From Gemmata obscuriglobus (GTDB taxonomy: Bacteria > Planctomycetota > Planctomycetia > Gemmatales > Gemmataceae): 32,000 bases of DNA. The notes under the pieces were generated by a model. It saw only the letters and a list, made by a program, of their open reading frames with translations, made no database searches and had not been told where the DNA came from. How positions within the stretch are numbered: the first letter of the stretch is position 1; every line of letters starts with the position of its first letter. Made by a program: the position numbers and the translations under genes. The DNA lies in the NCBI RefSeq assembly GCF_008065095.1, contig NZ_CP042911.1:2400001-2432000 (forward strand), written 5' to 3'. Shown piece after piece: positions 18,757-25,639 of the stretch.

Positions 18757-18978
18757 ATGGCTCTGACCCTGACGAGCGTGTTCGCGGACCTGCCGGACCC
18801 GCGGGTGGAGACGGCCAACAAGATCCTCGCGTTCCTCACCGACACCAGACAGGCGGCGCGAGACGGCAACCCTCCGCCGAAGCTCATACCGAGCAACCCG
18901 TCGGCCGTGAACGGTTACAATCTCCAGGGGCGCCCCCGTCGCGGGGCGGACTACGAATTTCGCCGCGGTTCACGATAA
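18757..18978 (+). mobile_element. Remnant of an ISAs1-family (DDE_Tnp_1-associated N-terminus) transposase gene
   Basis: 'LTSVFADLPDPRVETANK' matches the characteristic '..F..LPDPRVxRT' N-terminus of ISAs1-type transposases. Similarity then stops and no DDE domain follows. Confidence 0.45.
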
Positions 18979-18987
18979 TCTGTCCCC

Positions 18988-20181
18988 ATGCACACGACGG
19001 ACGTACTCATCGTCGGCGGCGGGATCGTCGGGCTCGGAACGGGCCTGGCACTCGCGGGGCGCGCCACGGTCACGGTGATCGAGGCGGAAGGTCACCTCGC
19101 GCAGCACCAGACCGGTCACAACAGCGGGGTCATTCACTCCGGACTGTACTACAAGCCGGGGTCCGCGAAGGCGCTCAACTGCGCCGCCGGCCGGGAACTC
19201 ATGTACCAGTTCTGCGCTGAGAACGGCGTCCCGCACGACCGGTGCGGCAAACTGGTAGTCGCTACCGACGAGAGCGAACTGCCCGCGCTGGCGGAACTCG
19301 AGCGGCGCGGCACCGCGAACGGGCTCACCGGCATTCGGCGGTTGAGCGCCGCCGAGGTGCGCGAGATCGAGCCGCACGTGAAGGGCGTCGCGGCGCTCCG
19401 CGTGCCCGAAACCGGCATCGTGGACTACAAGGCCGTGTCCGAAGTGTACGCCCGGAAAATTACCGATGCCGGTGGGAGCGTACACACGAGCACCCAGTTC
19501 CTGGGCTGTCGCACGGAACCGGACGCGCTGACCGTCGAGACCAACGCCGGCCCGGTTCGTGCGAAACTACTCGTGAACTGCGCGGGCCTCCACTCGGACC
19601 GGGTCGCGCGGCTGTGTGGCATCGAGCCGGGAGTACGGATCGTGCCTTTTCGCGGTGAGTATTACGTACTGAAGCCGCGGGCGCAGCACCTGTGCCGGCA
19701 CCTGATCTACCCCGTTCCGGACGCCCGGCTGCCGTTCCTGGGCGTTCACTTCACGCGCATGATCGGCGGCGGGGTGGAGTGCGGTCCCAACGCGGTGCTC
19801 GCGTTCAAGCGGGAAGGGTACCGGTTCCGCGACGTGGACCTCTCGGACCTGGCCGAATTAGCGGTTAACCCGGGCTTTTGGAAGATGGCGCGGAAGTTCT
19901 GGCGCGTGGGGCTGCACGAGATGTACCGGTCGCTGAGCCGGCGGGCGTTCTGGCACGCGCTGCGGAAGCTGATCCCCGAAGTGTCATTTCACGACCTCGT
20001 CCCCGCCGGGGCGGGGGTGCGCGCACAAGCCGTGGCCCCCGACGGGAAACTGGTGGACGACTTCTTCGTCTGCCAGGCTCCGCGGATGATTCACGTTCTG
20101 AACGCGCCGTCGCCCGCCGCGACCGCGTCACTTGCGATCGGACGCAGCATCGCGGATGCGGTGCTGAAGGAACTCGCGTAA
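18988..20181 (+). CDS. lhgO: L-2-hydroxyglutarate oxidase/dehydrogenase
   Basis: 'DVLIVGGGIVGLGTGLAL', 'HQTGHNSGVIHSGLYYKPGS', 'PFRGEYY', 'LIYPVPDARLPFLGVHFTRMIGGGVECGPNAVLAFKREGY' and 'VRAQAVAPDGKLVDDF...HVLNAPSPAATAS' are colinear with E. coli LhgO/YgaF. Confidence 0.9.
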   Translation: MHTTDVLIVGGGIVGLGTGLALAGRATVTVIEAEGHLAQHQTGHNSGVIHSGLYYKPGSAKALNCAAGRELMYQFCAENGVPHDRCGKLVVATDESELPALAELERRGTANGLTGIRRLSAAEVREIEPHVKGVAALRVPETGIVDYKAVSEVYARKITDAGGSVHTSTQFLGCRTEPDALTVETNAGPVRAKLLVNCAGLHSDRVARLCGIEPGVRIVPFRGEYYVLKPRAQHLCRHLIYPVPDARLPFLGVHFTRMIGGGVECGPNAVLAFKREGYRFRDVDLSDLAELAVNPGFWKMARKFWRVGLHEMYRSLSRRAFWHALRKLIPEVSFHDLVPAGAGVRAQAVAPDGKLVDDFFVCQAPRMIHVLNAPSPAATASLAIGRSIADAVLKELA

Positions 20182-20337
20182 GGGGCCGGGTGTCCCTACC
20201 GGTACTGTGGCGTCGCTCCACCGTGGCCGCGTTCGCTGGGTGTGCCCGTGAAGGATCGGTTCACCGGCTTCCCCGACGGAGCGGTTTGCGATAAATAAAG
20301 TGTTTCGCATCAGCTTCGCCACGCGGGATGAACCAAG

Positions 20338-21441
20338 ATGGGCTTCGAGTGCGGTATCGTCGGGCTGCCGAACGTCGGCAAATCGACCCTGTTCAACGCG
20401 CTGCTCTCGACCATGCAGGCCGAGGCCGCGAACTACCCGTTCTGCACCATCGAGCCGAACGTCGGGCGGGTCGCGGTGCCGGACGAGCGGCTCGCCAAAC
20501 TCGCGAAGATCGCGAACTCGGCCAAGCTCATCCCGACCCAACTCGAGTTCGTGGACATCGCCGGCCTCGTGCGCGGCGCGAGCAAGGGCGAAGGGAAGGG
20601 CAACGAGTTCCTGTCCCACATCCGCACCGTGAACGCCATCATCTACGTGCTGCGGTGCTTCGAGGACGCCGACATCGTTCACGTTGAGGGCAGCATCGAC
20701 CCGCTGCGCGACGCGGAGGTGATCGAGACCGAACTCATGCTCGCCGACCTCGACAGCCTCGAAAAGCGGATCTCGTCGGCGCAGAAGAAGGCCAAGAGCG
20801 GCGACAAGGCGCTGGCCGAGCAGGTCGGGATGATGGAGCGCGCGATCAAGGTGCTCCAGGACGGCAAGCCCGCCACCGCCGTCAACCCGAAGGATAAGGC
20901 CGAGCGCAAACTGCTCGATTCGCTGCAACTGCTCACCTCGAAGCCCGTGATGTACGTGTGCAACGTGGAAGAGCAGCACGCGGCGACCGGCAACGCGTTG
21001 TCCGCCAAGGTGGCGGAAATGGCCGCGGCCCGCGGGGCGTCGTGCGTAGTCGTGTCGGCCAAGATCGAGGCCGAAATATCGGTCCTGCCGAGCGAAGAAG
21101 AGAAGAAAGAGTTCCTCGGAGGGCTGGGACTGGAGGAAACGGGTTTGGCGAAGGTCATCAAGGCCGGTTACAAGCTGCTCGACCTTGTGACCTACTTCAC
21201 AGTCGGTCCGAAGGAGGCCCGCGCCTGGACGATCGCGAACGGGACGCTGGCTCCGGCCGCGGCGGGCGTCATTCACACCGACTTCGAAGCCGGGTTCATC
21301 CGCGCCGAGACCGTGGGCTACGACGACTACATCCAGTACGAAGGTGAGGCCGGGGCAAAGAAAGCGGGCCGGTTCCGTTTGGAAGGCAAGGAGTACGTCG
21401 TGCAGGACGGCGACGTATTGCACTTCCGGTTCGGGCCGTGA
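20338..21441 (+). CDS. ychF: Redox-regulated ribosome-binding ATPase YchF
   Basis: 'GIVGLPNVGKSTLFNAL', 'ANYPFCTIEPNVG', 'FVDIAGLVRGASKGEGLGN-like' and the C-terminal TGS-like 'AWTI..G..A..AAGVIHTDFE.GFIRAE'. Confidence 0.95.
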   Translation: MGFECGIVGLPNVGKSTLFNALLSTMQAEAANYPFCTIEPNVGRVAVPDERLAKLAKIANSAKLIPTQLEFVDIAGLVRGASKGEGKGNEFLSHIRTVNAIIYVLRCFEDADIVHVEGSIDPLRDAEVIETELMLADLDSLEKRISSAQKKAKSGDKALAEQVGMMERAIKVLQDGKPATAVNPKDKAERKLLDSLQLLTSKPVMYVCNVEEQHAATGNALSAKVAEMAAARGASCVVVSAKIEAEISVLPSEEEKKEFLGGLGLEETGLAKVIKAGYKLLDLVTYFTVGPKEARAWTIANGTLAPAAAGVIHTDFEAGFIRAETVGYDDYIQYEGEAGAKKAGRFRLEGKEYVVQDGDVLHFRFGP

Positions 21442-21510
21442 CCCGAGTCGCGTAAACCTCGCGACTTTCGACATGCGGGCGGCGTGACGTGAATCACAGG
21501 CATTCGCTGC

Positions 21511-21783
21511 CTACGGGCAACAGTTTGCGACACGTCTGAGCAAATTGCTGCCAGGATTCTGACGGGCGAAATTCTTTTTATTTAATTGCGATTGCACGGC
21601 GAGCGTGTAGCGGCGGTCGCCGGTGATGCGAGCTTGGCGTCGGTCCCAGGAGTCGTCGAGTGGTGCGGTCTCGCTGAGCCGGTCGGCCCGGAGTTGGAGG
21701 ATCGCTTCGGCTCCGGACTCGGACCAGAACTTCTCGGACCCCTTGACCCGATGGTTCATTTGCCTGATGGTCGATTCCACGTG
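21511..21783 (-). mobile_element. C-terminal fragment of a DDE transposase (tail resembles ISKra4-family transposases)
   Basis: 'SHVESTIRQMNHRVKGSEKFWSESGAEAILQLRADRLSE' matches the conserved '..VES..k....R.KG....W...GA.a.l.lRa' transposase tail. No upstream catalytic domain is present. The local line 21541-21600 is only about 43% GC. Confidence 0.5.
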
Positions 21784-22030
21784 GCTGGTGTCGATGACGC
21801 GGACCGCAGAGTTGGTGACCCGTGCCAGCGCGTCGCGCACCGCCGCGGGCAGCAAACAGCACCGCCACGTCCGCCGTGTTCAGTAGCTCGGCTTCTCGCT
21901 CCGGGGCGTCACGTTCTCGGCTGGAGCTATCGAGCGGCGACAGCACGCGTCTGTCTCTGCGTTTGCACAGCAGTTCATGGAGCACGAGCCCTGATGCGCC
22001 GGGCCGCCCTGCGACGTATACGGTTTTCAT
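21784..22030 (-). pseudogene. N-terminal ~85 codons of a type-2 ArgC-like (N-acetyl-gamma-glutamyl-phosphate reductase / semialdehyde dehydrogenase) gene, frameshifted and truncated
   Basis: ATG 22030-22028 overlaps the upstream TGA. Frame A reads 'MKTVYVAGRPGASGLVLHELL..RRD..VLSP...ERDAPEREAELLNTADVAVL'. After a 1-nt shift at the T-run (21854-21856), the frame continues 'LLPAAVRDALARVTNSAVRVIDTS' (cf. type-2 ArgC 'ADIAILCLPDDA...VRVIDTS'). It then runs straight into the transposase tail. Confidence 0.55.
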
Positions 22031-22740
22031 GATGCTCCCCCGGCGCGCTCTGCCGCGAGCCCTTCGACCGCATCGAGAAGGCGCGTGGCCAGTTCCCGGC
22101 GGCTCCGCAGCCGCCGGTACGCGCCACGCACTGGGCCGACGAACGTCAGCCCCGACAGCGTGTTCGCGACGACCAGATCGGCGCGCGATTGGACCCGTGA
22201 CGCTTCGGCAGTTTCCAGCAATTGCTGCTCGTCGGCTCCCACTTCGAGCTTGAACTTGACCAGCACGCCGGAAAATCCCCAGGGCGTGCGCACCAAGTTG
22301 ACGAGCTTCGGAGTCGGTACCAGTCGGAGCCACACTTCCGGAGCGTCGGTGGGCACGCACGTGAGCCCGGAATCGTTTCCTTGCGGTTGTGATTCGGGGT
22401 GAAACGGTACGCCAGAGGCGGGGGTGTAGGCACCGGCGATCCGATAGTCGCTGACGGCCGCGGAGTGAATGAATGCGTCCGTCTCGTTATTCGTGAGCGT
22501 TCGGGCCATAGCGTTGTGGAGTTCGTCGAACGTGCGATATTGTTCTGTCACCCACCGGTCGCGCGGCACATCGCTCGGCCGTAGCACATCGGGGGCAGAC
22601 GTGAGCAAGTGGACGGAGTGCCCGCGGCGATGCGCTTCGAGTGCGATGTTCGCGCCGGTGCGCCCGCGGAACACGGTACCGATGCACCGCAACGGGTCGA
22701 TCGGCACTACCGTATTCCCGGCCGAGATGAGAACACGCAC
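22027..22740 (-). CDS. CoaB-like protein (phosphopantothenate-cysteine ligase / DFP C-terminal domain family), stand-alone
   Basis: 'MRVLISAGNTVVPIDPLRCIGTVFRGRTGANIALEA' (cf. 'vLITAGgT.EpIDPVR.isN.SSGkmG.aiA'), 'FIHSAAVSDYR' and 'LVKFKLE...LVVANTL' are colinear with CoaB. Confidence 0.65.
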   Translation of the reverse strand: MRVLISAGNTVVPIDPLRCIGTVFRGRTGANIALEAHRRGHSVHLLTSAPDVLRPSDVPRDRWVTEQYRTFDELHNAMARTLTNNETDAFIHSAAVSDYRIAGAYTPASGVPFHPESQPQGNDSGLTCVPTDAPEVWLRLVPTPKLVNLVRTPWGFSGVLVKFKLEVGADEQQLLETAEASRVQSRADLVVANTLSGLTFVGPVRGAYRRLRSRRELATRLLDAVEGLAAERAGGAS

Positions 22741-22961
22741 AGCGTTCTCTCCGCGGTTCGAGGCTCTCGTTATTGCGCTTCCACGTCCGTGGACAAGCCG
22801 CGGGCCGTGTAACTGCGAACAGTGAAGAGAATGCCTGAACCCGCGGCTGCCGAGCGGCTCTGCGTGGCGGTGTTCGGTGGCATCAGTAAGACGCCCGGGC
22901 GACCGCTGGTGGCCGATGAGGCGGCGCTGACGTTCCCGCCGGAACCGGTGTAACGCGGCCG

Positions 22962-23669
22962 TCAGTTCGCGCTCGGGTGCAGTTCGGGCACATACCCGTG
23001 CCGGAACGCGCCGACCGTTAACTCGGGCGTAAGCACTTCGACCGTTTCCGCGCTGGGCTGGGGTATGCGGCTCGTGTAGCCGCCCGCGGTCCAGGTCAGA
23101 AGCACACCGCTGCGAATCAGGTATGGTGTCCGCGGCGCATCCGGCAGGAGTACGAACGTTCCGTCGGGAAGATCCTGGAGCCGCGCACGGTGGGTGCGAT
23201 TTTTACCGTCCGCGGTGAGCCGCTGGGCGTGGAGTTGGCGGTCGAGTTCGACGGCCGAAAGGGCCGGTAAGTCACCCCGGGTTTCGAGCGCTCGTGCGCG
23301 AAAGGCGTTGAACCGCTCCCGGCGGCACTCGGCACAGGGACGATGGCCCGCTGCCAACGCCGTGGCTTCGTCCAGAAAGAACAGCTCGGTGTAGTGGCCG
23401 GGCGTCATCACCTGGCGCTTCCGGCCCTTGAACTCCAGCAGACAGACGATCCACCGCCGGAGCTGCCACCCGCGGCGAATCTGCCCGCTCGCGGTGTGTA
23501 GGCGTCCGCGGTTGCCCATAAACAGCCCGCGCCCGGGCACTGCGATAACTTCGCCGAACGGGGTGACCCGGTTCTGACGCGGCACGGATCGACTCCCTGA
23601 TGATGTTGGCCACTTTCTGCTTGTGTTGCCACTACCTGTGAACGAGTCATCCACCGAGAGGCTCATCAC
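22962..23669 (-). CDS. Conserved hypothetical protein (family not identified)
   Basis: The ORF includes 'NRVTPFGEVIAVPGRGLFMGNRGRLH...YTELFFLDEATALAAGHRPCAECRRERF'. The block looks like a conserved bacterial family that I cannot name. The ATG at 23669 overlaps the pentapeptide gene by 23 nt. A GTG at 23588 ('VPRQNRVTPFGE') is an alternative start. Confidence 0.6.
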   Translation of the reverse strand: MMSLSVDDSFTGSGNTSRKWPTSSGSRSVPRQNRVTPFGEVIAVPGRGLFMGNRGRLHTASGQIRRGWQLRRWIVCLLEFKGRKRQVMTPGHYTELFFLDEATALAAGHRPCAECRRERFNAFRARALETRGDLPALSAVELDRQLHAQRLTADGKNRTHRARLQDLPDGTFVLLPDAPRTPYLIRSGVLLTWTAGGYTSRIPQPSAETVEVLTPELTVGAFRHGYVPELHPSAN

Positions 23670-24240
23670 CCTCGCTCTCCTGCCAATCGATCACCTTTTG
23701 CTGCTTGTCGGAAAGATAGATGCCCTCGCCTTGTTTCCGAGTTAGCCTCGCCCCGGCCATGTCCGCAGCCGTGAAATCGCACTCCTTGAAGTTGGAGCGG
23801 CGAAGGTCGGTGTTTTGCAGGTTAGCCCGCACGAAAGCGACTCGCCTGAAGAGCGAAGCACGCAAGTCAGCTCCCGATAGGTCGGCTTCCGTAAAGTCGA
23901 CTTCGATGAAGTCGTTCCAGCAGAGAGTGGATTCGGATAGGTTCGTGTTCCTAAAAGAGATCGAACTGATCTCCGACTTGCCGAAGAAGGTACGAGGAAG
24001 ACTCAAGTTGGCGAGGGAATGTTCGGTCGCCTCCACGTCGTCTTCAGGCCTCGAAGGTGCCAACCCGAACGGACGCCCCACCCCGATCCAGGTGCGAAAG
24101 AACCGCACGCCGTCTTCTCCATAGATGTCGGGGCGACGGTCAGGCATAGCAGGGATGGCTCCGTCATCAAGGTGATGGTGGCGTTGAAGGGACTTGCACG
24201 ATTCCTCGTAGGTCAGTCGAGCGGTTCGCTCCGGACTCAT
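23647..24240 (-). CDS. Pentapeptide-repeat protein
   Basis: 'ISFRNTNLSESTLCWNDFIEVDFTEADLSGADLRASLFRRVAFVRANLQNTDLRRSNFKECDFTAADMAGARL' is a run of A(D/N)LXX pentapeptides. A GGGGGAG Shine-Dalgarno-like motif precedes the ATG. Hand counts of two 60-nt lines (23881-24000) give about 50% GC, against about 70% in neighbouring genes. Confidence 0.85.
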   Translation of the reverse strand: MSPERTARLTYEESCKSLQRHHHLDDGAIPAMPDRRPDIYGEDGVRFFRTWIGVGRPFGLAPSRPEDDVEATEHSLANLSLPRTFFGKSEISSISFRNTNLSESTLCWNDFIEVDFTEADLSGADLRASLFRRVAFVRANLQNTDLRRSNFKECDFTAADMAGARLTRKQGEGIYLSDKQQKVIDWQESEGDEPLGG

Positions 24241-24256
24241 TGATCTACTCCCCCAA

Positions 24257-24675
<419 letters not shown>

Positions 24676-24679
<4 letters not shown>

Positions 24680-25467
24680 GGCGGTTCCTCGTTCGAGGGC
24701 GTCCCGCCCATCTTATCCGGAGCGCCTTCAACGCGGACGGACGAAGTCATTTCGCCCGAGTGGCACCGCCTCCAGTTCGCGTTCGGCCCGACGACGAACG
24801 GTTGCGCGTCCAACCCTTTCGGGACGGACACGCGAACCGGCTCTTCCCCTTCCAGGTCGTGTCCGCCAAGCTGGCTCAACACCGCCGTGCGCAGGGTGTC
24901 GTAGTCCCTGAACACGTACTCGCTGAACAGGGTGAAGGCGGTCCACATCAGGTTGGCGCACACCCGCGGCGGCACCCGGCCGGTCGCGGCGCCGAGCCCG
25001 GGCAGCGCCAAGGACTCGATGCTCCCCGGTTCCTTTGCGTTCTGCATGTGGACCGCCTGAAATGCAGCCGCGCACGCCAGAGCCACGTTCAACGTGTCAC
25101 TGATGTCCTGGGCGGACTGCACCATTGTTGGGGTGGAAATCAGGAACCGCGGGCGGAGCCCGCCGGTCGGCACGCACGTCGCCGCGCCCACCGGCATCGT
25201 TCCGCCGTACCGTTTCGCGATCTCGTCCTGAACCAGCGCCTGAATGCGCCCGCGGAAGTGGCGGTTAACGGCCGCGTCCACTCCGCCGTCCATCCGCCCG
25301 AGTGAGTTGGTGGGCGTGACCCAGGCGTCCGTGCGGCGGGCGGTGATCGAACCGCGGACGATTTCGACGTTGGGCACGTCTGCAAATACCGCCTCCCAGG
25401 CGTCGGTGACGGCCCGGTTGACGTCCACCAGAACGACCTTCAGCGCCGGCAGTTGAGAGGTAGTCAT
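24676..25467 (-). CDS. Macrodomain protein (predicted ADP-ribose binding / ADP-ribosylhydrolase)
   Basis: The start is taken at ATG 25467 (AGAGGG lies 6 nt upstream). The longer ORF to 25779 would run through the divergent gene's start. 'VVLVDVN...[24 protein letters not shown]' (cf. N-x6-GG[VLI]D of MacroD-type domains) and '[15 protein letters not shown]' (second glycine-rich loop). Confidence 0.75.
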
Positions 25468-25639
25468 ACGGCCCTCTGTGGGATTGAGTTGAAGACGGGT
25501 TCGGTGCGGGAACGGTACCGCGCCGGGGTGTGGGGCGGCAGGTCGGTTGCAGCCGGTGCGCACGAGCGCGACGGCCCACCCGACATCGCGGCGCCGGGCA
25601 GCCGGTGGCACAATACCCACCAACTCAGGAGCCCCAGAA
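25468..25639. promoter_or_regulatory. 172-bp divergent intergenic region shared by the macrodomain operon and the UNG-ART gene
   Basis: This is inferred from the head-to-head gene arrangement. AGGAG at 25627-25631 lies 8 nt before ATG 25640. I could not call -35/-10 boxes confidently. Confidence 0.4.

Noticed and set aside
21446-21466. Short hairpin (AGTCGCG-TAAACCT-CGCGACT) just after the ychF stop, considered as a terminator.
   Set aside because: It has only a 7-bp stem and no downstream T-tract, which is insufficient to call an intrinsic terminator.
22830-22952. A 40-codon plus-strand ORF ('MPEPAAAERLCVAVFGGISKTPGRPLVADEAALTFPPEPV') in the spacer between the CoaB-like gene and the 235-aa gene.
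   Set aside because: It is short, has no recognisable motif and no clear ribosome-binding site. It is more likely promoter or spacer sequence for the CoaB-like gene, or gene debris.
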